Shown in pieces: positions 20,778 to 30,918 of a stretch of 64,000 nucleotides of DNA. Numbering within the stretch: the first letter of the stretch is position 1; the number at the start of each line of letters is the position of its first letter. The position numbers were made by a program, and so were the translations under genes. Source of the DNA: an uncultured Nitrospiraceae bacterium (GTDB lineage: Bacteria; Nitrospirota; Thermodesulfovibrionia; Thermodesulfovibrionales; SM23-35); contig CAVSHB010000003.1 in assembly GCA_963727775.1 (NCBI GenBank), positions 192,001-256,000 of the forward strand, written 5' to 3'. The notes under the pieces were generated by a model. The model was not told the origin of the DNA and made no database searches. It worked only from the letters and a program-made list of their open reading frames with translations.

Positions 20778-21223
20778 TCCATCCTCCTTACAAATTCGGT
20801 CACTATTCCTATCGCTATCGTGATAATTATATCAAAAGAGGAAACGTAATATAGGATATATGTCTGCTTTCTTCAAAATTAGTCAATTGAACCTGGAATA
20901 ATGTCATCCTTATAGGGTGCGGGCAACGGGGTCTTTCTTCTTACGGTCAAAGCTGGAGGTTGAGTCTGCCATCACAACAGTTTCCGCTTGTACTCCAGAG
21001 ATTAGGCAGAATATTCAGAAGTCTCAGTTTCTATGCGTAGAACTAAACCGCTGCGCGGTGGTAACGAGGCGTCGATCTTTTCTGGATAAAGATAGACCTT
21101 TTTCTGAGTTGTAGAAGTTAGCCCGTTATCTCCCCCCTTGTTGAAGAGTCGAAGTCTTTTTACAATCTCCTTTGTTTCCCCGTCGGCCTTCGTCGGCGCA
21201 TATCGATTCAAAGGAGATGTAAT

Positions 21224-22066
21224 ATGAGCACGTGGAGAGAACAGATGTTGACAGACCTTTAGTTGAAAGGCATCACCCCCAGGACCCAGAATAAATATCT
21301 CAGAGAGGTTAACATGAAGGCGGATTATTTTGATAAACCGCTTGAGGAACTTAGGGAGAAAGAAGTAAAGGATTATCTGGTTCATATGCTGGATACCAGG
21401 AAGTTATCAAGAGGTACGTACAGAGGCTATGTGGCAGGAATCAAGTTTTTGTATAAGACAACCTTAAATCGTGAAGAGGTGGTAGAGAAGATCCAATATC
21501 CGAAGGCCAAAAAAACGCTGCCCGTAGTGCTGGATCTTGCTGAAATCAAGACTTTGCTTTCCGTCATGGAGAATCTTAAGCACAGGGCGCTGCTGACGAT
21601 TACCTATTCCGCAGGACTGAGAGTCAGCGAAGCAGCAAAGCTGAAGGTGACCGATATAGACAGCAAGCGGATGATGGTACGTGTGCAACAGGGCAAGGGT
21701 AGGAAGGACCGCTATAGCATCCTGTCGCAAACCGCCCTCGAGTTATTGAGGCAATACTGGCGGCAGTATCGTCCAAAGGAATGGTTATTCGAGGGACAGA
21801 AAGAAGGTACCCACATATGCTATACGGCGATACGGCAGATATTTGTTGAAGCCATGAAGAGGGCTGGCATTACAAAACCGGCGAGCCCTCATACCCTAAG
21901 GCACAGTTTTGCCACTCATCTGATAGAGGCGGGGACCAGCCTGCACCATGTCCAGTTGCTCCTGGGCCACAGGTCTCCCACAACCACAACCGTTTATCTT
22001 CATGTCAGCAAGATGAACCTCGCACAGGTCACCAGTCCCCTCGATAGTATACCCGAAGAGCTTTAA
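21224..22066 (+). pseudogene. Tyrosine recombinase (integron-integrase/XerD-like) with premature TAG at codon 13
   Basis: RBS AAGGAG, then MSTWREQMLTDL*LKG. Catalytic R (GLRVSE), K, HTLRH, LGH and Y are intact downstream. Confidence 0.8.
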
Positions 22067-23158
22067 AGCTTTTAACGGTATCATCGATGCGGACGTCTCA
22101 GGGCGTCGAGGTGGCCGATATCTTCCGTCAGTACGGTCAAGATCCCACCGGATGCCTATTAATCATCTGCGTGCTATGCACGCCATTGAGGTGTGCAGGA
22201 CTGCAATTCTTGGCGGACATAGGTATAAGTACACTTGCGGCCATGTAGACACATCTTACAACTCTTGCCGGAACAGGCACTGTCCCAAGTGTCAGACACT
22301 GCAGAAGGAAAAGTGGATAGAGGCCAGGTGTGAGAAGACCTATTGCCCATTCAATACTTCCAATGTGGGCTTCACCATACCATCAGAGTTAAATCCCCTG
22401 GTCATTATGAACCAGAGGGTCATGTACAACATATTATTCTGCTCGGTATCCGAGACACTTATGGAGCTCTCCAATAATCCGAAACACCTCGGCGCACATA
22501 CAGGCTTTATCGGCATCCTTCACACCTGGGGACAAAACCTTATGGATCATCCCCATATTCACTGTGTCGTACCCGGCGGCGGATTGTCACCTGATGGAAA
22601 ACATTGGGTATCGTGCAGGAAAGGTTTTTTCATGCCTGTAAGGGTTATGTCCTCATTGTTCAGGGGCAAGTTCCTGGACCATCTCAAAAACAGGTTTGAA
22701 TCAGGTGATCTTATCTTCCCTGGCGGTATCCGTCATCTTAAAGACCCCGGAACCTTTGAGGTGTTCAGAGGACAGTTCTACCATAAGAAGTGGGTTGTAT
22801 ATTGCAAGCCGCCTTTTGACGGCGCCGAGGGTGTCTTTAAGTATCTGGGCAGATATACCCACAGGATTGCTATCAGTAATAATCGTGTCCTAAACGTTGA
22901 AGACGGCAATGTTTCCTTCCGCTGGCGGGACTATGCCGATGGTGATAAACAAAAGATCATGACTCTTAAGGCCGATGAGTTCATAAGAAGGTTCCTTCTT
23001 CATGTGCTTCCGCATCGATTTGTGCGCATAAGATTATGTGTTTAAGCACATAACCTGATTTATGTTATATATTCACTTATGTTGCGTCGTTTGTGAAAGG
23101 CCTTGTTATTGCACAATGTCATCGTTAACGACACAACATAAGTAAATCCCTCTTCGGG

Positions 23159-24154
23159 TTAAAGTGCTTTTAAGAATGCCATCAACCCCGGCTGATCTTT
23201 CCACCGTCTTGATTGCTCTGAAGTAAATATCTCACAGTGGGCAAGTGCCTTTGCCTTCATTTCGAGATCGACCTCAGCATAGACATTTGTGGTATCTAGC
23301 GACACATGCCCCAGCCATGCACGGATTGTATTAATATCCACACCTGCGCGAAGAAGGTGAACTGCGCAGGTATGACGAATTATATGTGCACTGACTCTTT
23401 TCGTTCTCATTGAGGGGACTTTGTTGCTTGCTTTGATAACATAACGCCTAACGAGGGCATGAATGCCGAAGCGAGTGATTGTCTGCCCCCGACAGTTGAG
23501 GAAAACCTGTTCGCTATCCTGGCGATCGGCAATGAGAGTGCGTAAAGTATTGGCTGTTAAAGACCATAAAGGACAGATTCGTGTCTTGCCTCCCTTGCCT
23601 TTAATCTTGACTGAAAGCGAATAATCCAGGTCGAGATCGTCTACAGTCATATTCGCAGCTTCATGGGCGCGGGCGCCAGTATTGTAAAGAAAAAGAAGTA
23701 CGGCATAATCTCTAAAGCCTTGTTTGGTGGAAGTAACGGGAGCATTAAGCAGGGCATCCATTTCTTGTTTGTCGAGATAAGACATCGCAGCCTTTGCAGT
23801 TTTTTTGAAAGGGATAGCTCTGATCTGTCCACACCAGATGATGTGTTCCGGACATCGTTCGCCGATAAAACCGGCGAGGGCGTGAATTGCGGCAAGGCGC
23901 TGGTTGCGAGTGGCTATAGAACAGGATCGATGCTCCTCTATATAAAGCAGAAAAAGACGAATTACCTCAGGGGATATATGCTCTACAAGCAGCTTGTCTA
24001 TAGGTTTTCTGACCTTCTCAGCGATGAAAGGGAGCATCAAGGCCAGAGCATCGCGATAACTGGATTGTGTATTTAGCGACAGATTACGCTCTTCCACCAA
24101 GTATTCCATAAGGAAGCGTCGCACCCAATATCCGATAGAAGTTACGTTAGACAT
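23159..24154 (-). CDS. ritC: RIT tyrosine recombinase C
   Basis: SYRDAL, TRNQRLAAI, GAR, HIIRH and LGHVSLDTTNVY motifs. Confidence 0.9.
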   Translation of the reverse strand: MSNVTSIGYWVRRFLMEYLVEERNLSLNTQSSYRDALALMLPFIAEKVRKPIDKLLVEHISPEVIRLFLLYIEEHRSCSIATRNQRLAAIHALAGFIGERCPEHIIWCGQIRAIPFKKTAKAAMSYLDKQEMDALLNAPVTSTKQGFRDYAVLLFLYNTGARAHEAANMTVDDLDLDYSLSVKIKGKGGKTRICPLWSLTANTLRTLIADRQDSEQVFLNCRGQTITRFGIHALVRRYVIKASNKVPSMRTKRVSAHIIRHTCAVHLLRAGVDINTIRAWLGHVSLDTTNVYAEVDLEMKAKALAHCEIFTSEQSRRWKDQPGLMAFLKAL

Positions 24155-25091
24155 GATTCACGTCCGATAGAACATAATGTTCAAAACGCAAATTTGCTTC
24201 CCGCAAAAGATCAGGAGTCATGCTCAAATAGCATTGGGTCTCCGCCACATCAGTATGGCCCAAATAGGTTGATAATTGAGGCAGCAAGCGCTGGACATCA
24301 GCGCCTTCCCGGTACCAGGCTTCAAGACGGTGAACTGAAAAAGTGTGACGAAGGTCGTGAATCCTGGGATAGTATCGAGTGCCGTCCCGGCGAGGCATCC
24401 CGGATAGGTTTCGCAAACGACTGAAAGTTTTTTGCATGCGGCCATAGGATAAAGCGTGGCCAGTGCGTGTGGCAAAAAAGGCGGAATCTTCCTTAAGTCG
24501 GCAGGGCAACAGTCGCCTTTTTCCCAGATAGGAGTCAAGGTGGTCAGTTAACCGAGGGCCGATGGGTACGAGACGTGTCTTATAGAATTTGGTATTGCGC
24601 ACTGTGATAAGGCTATCCGAAACGTTAACATCAGCAATCGTTAGAGAAAGCGCTTCGCTGATACGAAGGCCTGTTCCATAAAGGGTAAGCAAAATGGTTC
24701 GGAAGGTGGTTGCCTGAAGAGGACTTATTGGGGATTTAAGCGAGTTGGTAGCGGAAAGGAGGCGGTGCAGTTCCTCGGTGGTGTAAATATATGGTTCCAG
24801 AGTCGCCGGACGTTTAGGTACCATCTTTGGAAGCGGAGACTTGTCGATATGACCATGGGTCAGAGCAAAGCGATAGAAACCACAGAGGACTTCATACTTC
24901 CGGTGCCAGAAGGTAGTGATCGGACCTTCACCTGCAAGGAATGCTGCTGCAGTATCGGGATTAACTTCTTCGATCTCTATATCGCCCATAGCTTTGCAAA
25001 AAGATCTGAGTACCACAGCATCAGACCGGTAACACATACCAATGGACTGTTTTAGCGACACATACTCGGTAACAAGTTCTGAGAGTTTCAT
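24147..25091 (-). CDS. ritB: RIT tyrosine recombinase B
   Basis: PYIYT, GLRISEAL, TKFYKTRLVP, HDLRHTF and LSTYLGH motifs. Confidence 0.9.
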   Translation of the reverse strand: MKLSELVTEYVSLKQSIGMCYRSDAVVLRSFCKAMGDIEIEEVNPDTAAAFLAGEGPITTFWHRKYEVLCGFYRFALTHGHIDKSPLPKMVPKRPATLEPYIYTTEELHRLLSATNSLKSPISPLQATTFRTILLTLYGTGLRISEALSLTIADVNVSDSLITVRNTKFYKTRLVPIGPRLTDHLDSYLGKRRLLPCRLKEDSAFFATRTGHALSYGRMQKTFSRLRNLSGMPRRDGTRYYPRIHDLRHTFSVHRLEAWYREGADVQRLLPQLSTYLGHTDVAETQCYLSMTPDLLREANLRFEHYVLSDVNHV

Positions 25092-26328
25092 TCCAGCCCT
25101 CCCATATCAAACTTAGCTACCTCGCGAAGACCTGACAGATTCACCTTGGCATAGATCCTCGTGGAGAGAGAACTTCGATGCCCTAGGTGATCGCCGACCT
25201 CCTTGAGGGAGAAGCCCTCGGCAACCAGGTGGGCGGCGCACGCATGCCGCAATGAGTGGGGCCCATGATGGTGAGTGCGTATCCCGAGCTTCACCATTCT
25301 GTTACTGACCACAGGATAAAGTGCTCCTAATGAAAAAGGACGATATGGGGGCAAGAGAGTGAGAAATATCTCTCGATATGAAGAGTGGGGACGCACTTCC
25401 TGTAAATAGCGGATTATCGCGTTGCCTACTATTGGGATCAATGGGTATGTTTGTCTTCCTCTCAGCTTAACTCGGGGTACCGACATAAGTCTCTGTTCCC
25501 AGTCGATATCGTCAAGCCTGAGAGTTGCTACCTCAGTTGATCTCAACCCATAGATCGCAAAAAGCATCACGATGGGTTTGTCTCGTATGTCACTGGCTTG
25601 ATCTGTCTCCATGCTCTCTATCAAGAGTCTCACGTTTCCCCAAGATGGTCCCGACGGCAATTGTTCTTGGGCAAAGATACGAGGGCCACGTATATCGGGG
25701 GCAATTGAAGACGAACACCACCCCCGTGAAGCCGCGTACTTGAAAAAGGCCTTCAGCGCGGTCGCCATGTGTTTAACCGATATGCGACAATTGCCCTTGT
25801 CACCGTAATGGGTAAGAAACGCGTCAATATCTTTGAGGCAAACGGCTGAGATATCACAACTCCGAGTGCCATACCAGCGTAGAAACCGTTCAACGTAAGA
25901 GCAGTTCCCTCGGATAGTCTGAGAAGTGAACCCTCGTTCGTTCTTCATCCATGTCCTGAAATCTTCAAGCAAATGACCAAACGGAATGGAAGTATCTTCT
26001 CTCCAACAGCCCAAAAAACGTAGCCACGATCTTGCTGCATTGACAAAGCGACTGCGAGTACAGTGCGGATTAAGCGCTTTTCCCCAATATCGTTCCCGTT
26101 CTGTCCATCCTCGGGCAACAGCTCGACCTGATTCAGGGTTACTCCGTTTTCAAAAGAAATACGTAGCTTCTTTGCGACCCATAAAAGTTCTCGCGCAATG
26201 TTCTGTAAAGTCGAGAGAGAATATCCTTCTTGCTCGCAGTGCTTAAGATAACGCTCCCTCTCCTCTTTGTACGGGGCCTTCTTGTGACGGGATAGAATTG
26301 AGAGTTTTGTGTAAAGCTTTTCAAACAT
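25088..26328 (-). pseudogene. ritA: RIT tyrosine recombinase A with a frameshift near 26122
   Basis: MFEKLY...ERERYLKH N-terminus in one frame; AVARGW...GLRSTE, HSLRH, LGH, TRIY in the next frame. Confidence 0.8.
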
Positions 26329-27106
26329 GACCGGACCTCCTCTAATAGAGACTTTCCAGCCATATAACGGCAATTACTTATGTGTTGTCAAATCAAAAAT
26401 AATCATTGCAAATTAAGAAAATTGACTGACTTCACAACATAAGTGAATACATAACATAAATCAGGCACTTCGGACTCCTCGCAAACAGAAAGCGTAAAGA
26501 CAACATCGCGCTATGCCGTAAGCTCATCGGCAGTTGTAAAACCGAAACAAAAGAAGAAGAAGAAGAAAAATCAGAGACCTGGCAGGATCAGTTGCTCAGA
26601 ATCTACGGTATCGATATCAATACCTGCCCGGTTTGCAAGAAGGGCACAATGGTCACGATTGAGTATTTGCTCCCTTCCAGGTGCAATAGCCCTCCGGATC
26701 GATACTGATGCACACCGGCGATAGCTCAAAAATCATAGCTCTATCAACCTGCGAAAACAGCATCCTGTTTCGCTATGCTCCCCTATTGTCTGAAATCAGA
26801 CCTTGGGATACTATCCAGCTGCAATGGTCGCAATCTCAGCCTCAATTTTCGTATCAGGATGATCTCATGCAGATCAAAATAAGACAGATGCTCCATAAAC
26901 CATATCCTCTTCGATAGAAAAAGTTCCGGGAGAATTAATCGAATCCCCATATCCGGCGCACCGGCTTAGTTATATATAGAAATGGCATAAGATCAAACTT
27001 CCCCATTCAATCATAAGGGAGACTAATTTTATAGCTATTAAAAAATAGAAACCTCCTGTAAGAATAAGTTTATGGAGAAACAAAATTCTTTTGACAGGAG
27101 GTTTCT

Positions 27107-28399
27107 ATGGAACAAGTAGATGGTATCAGACTTAGGGAGTTTCGACAAGTCAAGAAAGAGATACGTGGCTCCGATCAGTATTTGATCATCGGCATCGACG
27201 TGGCTAAAGAGAAGCACAATGCCTTTTTCGGCACGGCTAACGGCAAAACGCTGCACAAGGGAGTGATCTTTGACAACACGATTGAAGGATTCGAGAAACT
27301 GCTGACGCTGACAGAAGCGCTTAAGGTCCAGCATGACCTTACAAAGGTGGTCTTTGGTCTTGAGCCCACAGCCAATTACCATAAGCCTCTGGGAGAGCAT
27401 CTTATTAAGTGTGGGCATATGGTTGTTTTGGTAGCGGGGACGGCAGTAAAAAACAACCGCACGCTTCTGGATGGCAGATGGGATAAGCACGACACCAAGG
27501 ATTCCTCTAACGTAGCCGACCTCATTTCCCAAGGGAAATTCCTATTCTATGAATATCCGGATCCGAAGATGCGGGATCTGAGGAATCTCCTTTCCTTAAA
27601 GAGACGACTCAAGAAAGAGGAACATGGCCTCCGGGTTCGCATCCGCAATCAGCTTCTGGCCCAGTATTTCCCTGAAATGGACCGCCACTTCGGCCCAGCG
27701 GTGAGCATGGCTGTAGTCGGACGCTGTCTTAATCCCTCGGTGATCGCCGGGATGGAATTCGATGAATTCCGCAGGCACGTTGCCCTCAGCAGAATGAATA
27801 TTGCCCAACAAAAGCTGCTGCAGGCGATCTGGCAGATAGCCCCTGATTCCATTGGATGTTATGTAGGAGACGCAGTGCCGTTCGAGGCGAAGGTGATGGT
27901 ATCCATGCTTAATCAGGTGCGAGAGACGATCAAAGAGGTGGAAGATAAAATAGAGGATATGTGCCTACAGTTTCCGGAATACCCATGCCTTTTGAGTATC
28001 CCTGGCTTTGGGCCGGATGTCTCATCAAAGGTTCTCGGGGCGATAGGTAATCCCTTTCGCTTTACGAGCGACAAGCAGGTCCTGAAGATGGCTGGTTTCG
28101 ACCTTTGCGCGGAGCGAAGCGGAAAGACTTCAAACAGCGTAACGCCGGTAATCTCCAAACAAGGGAAAGCCGATCTTCGCTACGCCTTATATCAGGCTGC
28201 TCTAATCGCTTCCTTTCATAACAAAGATTTTACGATTTATTACACCAATAAGCTCAGAGGTCGGCAGAGGGAAAAGGGAATTAGTACGAAGATGCGTGTA
28301 AAGATAGCCGCAAAGCTTTTGGTTATCGCATGGACCTTGATGAAAAAGAAGGAGCTATTCGATCCAAAATATCTCAATAAGGGGGATATCCAAATATAG
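27107..28399 (+). CDS. IS110-family DEDD recombinase/transposase
   Basis: IGIDVAK, GLEPTANY, KHDTKDS, SIPGFG and ERSGK motifs. Confidence 0.95.
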   Translation: MEQVDGIRLREFRQVKKEIRGSDQYLIIGIDVAKEKHNAFFGTANGKTLHKGVIFDNTIEGFEKLLTLTEALKVQHDLTKVVFGLEPTANYHKPLGEHLIKCGHMVVLVAGTAVKNNRTLLDGRWDKHDTKDSSNVADLISQGKFLFYEYPDPKMRDLRNLLSLKRRLKKEEHGLRVRIRNQLLAQYFPEMDRHFGPAVSMAVVGRCLNPSVIAGMEFDEFRRHVALSRMNIAQQKLLQAIWQIAPDSIGCYVGDAVPFEAKVMVSMLNQVRETIKEVEDKIEDMCLQFPEYPCLLSIPGFGPDVSSKVLGAIGNPFRFTSDKQVLKMAGFDLCAERSGKTSNSVTPVISKQGKADLRYALYQAALIASFHNKDFTIYYTNKLRGRQREKGISTKMRVKIAAKLLVIAWTLMKKKELFDPKYLNKGDIQI

Positions 28400-28468
28400 G
28401 CCACATCAAAAGAACTTAACTGAGGGCTTCCTGTGAAGCCGTTTCTGTTCTGGAGGCCCCAAAAACAA

Positions 28469-28647
28469 GACGCAGAGAGCCCGAGCTTGGCTTAGTTGAG
28501 GCGAAAGACCTCGTGGAGAACAATATAGGGCCTATCACTGAACTTGAGAGTCTGGATAAGGGATGATGGGCGGTACGCTCAATGCGGAACACGTCGGATA
28601 AACGTAACTATCAGAGATCAAGTTCGATTGTAGTGAGAGAGTGCGTC
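28469..28647 (+). ncRNA. Bridge RNA of IS110 #2
   Basis: Outer stem GACGCA/TGCGTC. Target loop GGCTTAGTT-hairpin-GTGGAGAAC matches the insertion site. Second arm closed by GAACTTGA/TCAAGTTC. Confidence 0.8.
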
Positions 28648-28776
28648 GAGAAAAAATACTATCGTCCAGATGGACGTACGGCAGACTATTGTTCTTGCAA
28701 GATCTCGGATAACGATCATTGATATTTAAGTAAATTTCCCAGATGTTTTTTGTCTTGACAGGAGGCACTATAGGAT

Positions 28777-28825
28777 GTTCTCCACACGTTATTCCGCAAC
28801 TTCGCAGCGGAATAACGCTTATTCG
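28777..28825 (+). repeat. 49-bp hairpin-containing repeat, copy 1
   Basis: GTTCTCCACACGTTATTCCGCAACTTCGCAGCGGAATAACGCTTATTCG; exact inverted copy at 32026-32074. Confidence 0.9.
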
Positions 28826-29119
28826 TAATCAATAAAACCCGCCTTTTTTTGTGAAAAACATCCCCGTGTATTACGTAAAAACAGAACGAGAATCCGCAGC
28901 CCCAAACAGCCGTTATCTTTTTCAGGCGTACATCCATAGGTATCGCCTACAGCCTTTGTATGGCGGTAATTTTTACTTGCAAAAGAAAGTGGCCTTTGCT
29001 AATAATAACTCACCTTAGTTTTTAAAGGAGACCTTATATGCATGTAAAGATGAGCAGCCTGATCAAGACGTTTGGTATGGTAGCGGGGTTGATAGTGGTC
29101 TTCGCTTTGTGGGCGTCTG

Positions 29120-29635
29120 TTGCCATCGCTGGTCTTTATTGCCTGTTCAAACACACAAGCCATAGAACTTACACTCAATAATACCCCTGCCCAAGTCTAT
29201 TTCAGCCCCAGTGGTGGTGCTACGGATGCGGTTGTAAAGGAAATAGGGAAGGCTAAGTCTGAGATTTTAGTCCAAGCATACTCTTTCACAGGCAAGGAAA
29301 TCGCAAAGGCTCTTGTGGCTGCCCATAAAAGAGGAGTTCATGCAGAAATTATTCTCGATAAAAGCAACAGGTCTCAAAGATATTCCGCTGCTGATTTTAC
29401 TCGCAATATGGGTATCCCTACTTACATTGATGCTGAACACGCCATTGCCCATAACAAAATCATGATAATAGACAAGGAGACTATCATTACAGGCAGTTTC
29501 AATTTTACAAAGGCTGCTGAGGAAAAGAATGCCGAGAACTTATTAATTTTGAAAAACAGGGAACTTGCCAAACAGTATATTGATAATTGGAATAAGCATA
29601 GAAAGCATTCTGAGGAATATAAAGGCAGGGATTAA
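29120..29635 (+). CDS. Phospholipase D-family nuclease (Nuc-like, single HKD)
   Basis: YFSP, QAYSFT and HNKIMIID...TGSFNFT...NAEN. The RBS and ATG at 29038 encode a hydrophobic leader in a different frame (possible frameshift). Confidence 0.85.
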   Translation: MPSLVFIACSNTQAIELTLNNTPAQVYFSPSGGATDAVVKEIGKAKSEILVQAYSFTGKEIAKALVAAHKRGVHAEIILDKSNRSQRYSAADFTRNMGIPTYIDAEHAIAHNKIMIIDKETIITGSFNFTKAAEEKNAENLLILKNRELAKQYIDNWNKHRKHSEEYKGRD

Positions 29636-29656
29636 ATTTACCACTCGGAGGAAACC

Positions 29657-30142
29657 ATGAAAAAAATAACATATGAACCAATCGGCATAATCCACACTCC
29701 CTTTAAGGACACAAAAGAAATGCCGATACAAGCTAAAGGGGGAAAGGGCATCAAAGGAACTATAAAAATTAAACCCGCATTTGCTGAAGGACTAAAAGAT
29801 ATCGAGGGGTTCTCACACATTATATTGATTTATAATTTCCATCGGTCGAAAGGGTATTCTCTTGTGGTTAAGCCATTTTTAGATGATAAGTTGCGTGGAG
29901 TATTTGCAACAAGAGCACCCAAGCGTCCGAATTCCATAGGGATGTCGGTTGTCAGGCTCAAGAAAGTGGAAGGTAAAATCCTTTATATTGAAGATGTTGA
30001 TATCGTGGACGGGACTCCATTATTGGATATAAAGCCATATATACCTGCTGTTGATGTATTTAAAGCAACAAGTGTCGGGTGGCTTTCCAAGAAGACGAGG
30101 GGGTTCAGAAAGGCTAAGGCGGATGCGAGGTTTAAAGCATAG
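29657..30142 (+). CDS. tsaA: tRNA m6t6A37 methyltransferase TrmO/TsaA (YaeB) family
   Basis: PIGIIHTPF, GVFATRAPKRPNSIG and DGTPLLDIKPY motifs. Confidence 0.9.
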   Translation: MKKITYEPIGIIHTPFKDTKEMPIQAKGGKGIKGTIKIKPAFAEGLKDIEGFSHIILIYNFHRSKGYSLVVKPFLDDKLRGVFATRAPKRPNSIGMSVVRLKKVEGKILYIEDVDIVDGTPLLDIKPYIPAVDVFKATSVGWLSKKTRGFRKAKADARFKA

Positions 30143-30187
30143 ACTATCCTTTTAGAAATTTTACTAATTCTATTTGCGGAGGACTAT

Positions 30188-30604
30188 ATGGTATCAACAG
30201 GCAGAATATCTTTAAGCACAAAAGGCTTTAGCGATGTTCTTGATATTACCGATAAAGTTGCAAGAATGGTTGAAGATTCAGGCATTCAGAATGGCTTGGT
30301 AAATGTTTTCTGTTCTGGTTCTACAGGTGGTATTACCACAATCGAATTTGAGTCAGGTGTCATTAACGACTTAAAGAAAGCCATAGAAAAGATTGTTCCG
30401 TCAAATATCCCTTATGAACATGACAAAAGATGGGGTGACGGTAATGGATTTTCTCATGTGAGGGCAGCTCTTATGAAACCTTCCCTTACAGTCCCTATTG
30501 TCAAAGGAAAACTAACGCTGGGTACATGGCAGCAGATAGTCTTTATGGATTTTGATAATCGGGGAAGGGATAGGAAGGTTGTTGTGCAGGTTGTGGGGGA
30601 GTAA
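30188..30604 (+). CDS. yjbQ: YjbQ/UPF0047 family protein
   Basis: DITD, YEHD...GNGFSH and LGTWQQI..DFD motifs. Confidence 0.9.
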   Translation: MVSTGRISLSTKGFSDVLDITDKVARMVEDSGIQNGLVNVFCSGSTGGITTIEFESGVINDLKKAIEKIVPSNIPYEHDKRWGDGNGFSHVRAALMKPSLTVPIVKGKLTLGTWQQIVFMDFDNRGRDRKVVVQVVGE

Positions 30605-30918
30605 GCAGGTTGTTTGGTACACATAATAATTATCACATACTGCTGTGTAGCCTGATAATTCTATTTATTTCTCCAGGAAACCTATTGAACAATGAAAATT
30701 TGACTCTATTCGCATTTATTCTCTTCGCGGGATGATTACAAGAGATTACTCGTAGACGGGTTACGGCCAAGGAAAATCAAGGAAGAGGAGTCCGAAACCT
30801 GTTGCCTTGATTTGTCTTAATTTTCATGATAACTTATAACTAAATAAGGATAGGGCAATCTGATGAATGCGTCCATGCAGCCTACATTTAAAAACCACAG
30901 AAACAGAAGAGACTTGTA

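Larger units (their letters stand above)
23034..26465 (-). mobile_element. RIT element (recombinases in trio)
   Basis: Three overlapping tyrosine recombinases; 31-bp TIR (23054-23084 / 26435-26465, 1 mismatch); palindrome TTATGTG-N6-CACATAA at 23034-23053. Confidence 0.9.
22087..26708 (+). pseudogene. IS91-family transposase, frameshifted and split by a RIT element
   Basis: EVADIFRQYG, SCRNRHCPKC, HPHIH (HUH), YLGRY (Y2). ...FVRIR ends at 23033 and resumes at 26466 as HFGLLAN...CPVCKKG...SPPDRY*. Confidence 0.88.
26972..28779 (+). mobile_element. IS110-family element inserted at a GTT core
   Basis: GTT at both junctions (26969-26971, 28777-28779). TTGACA at 28755 would form a junction promoter with TATATA from the left end on circularisation. 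Confidence 0.88.
21039..28781 (+). mobile_element. IS91-like element with upstream tyrosine recombinase, carrying nested RIT and IS110 insertions
   Basis: Integrase plus Y2/Zn transposase pair. Inverted terminal motifs: AGAACTAAACCG (21039) and CGGCTTAGTTCT, the latter reconstructed across the IS110. Confidence 0.75.

Noticed and set aside
21260..21262. In-frame TAG in the integrase as pyrrolysine or recoding
   Set aside because: Most simply a CAG-to-TAG mutation; the partner transposase is also decayed and TAG acts as a stop elsewhere in the window.
26553..26567. (GAA)5 tract as a phase-variation repeat
   Set aside because: An in-frame triplet encoding poly-Glu in a linker of a dead transposase.
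29120..30604. PLD nuclease-tsaA-yjbQ as an anti-phage defence system
   Set aside because: No helicase, ATPase or methylase partner; all three are common stand-alone genes.
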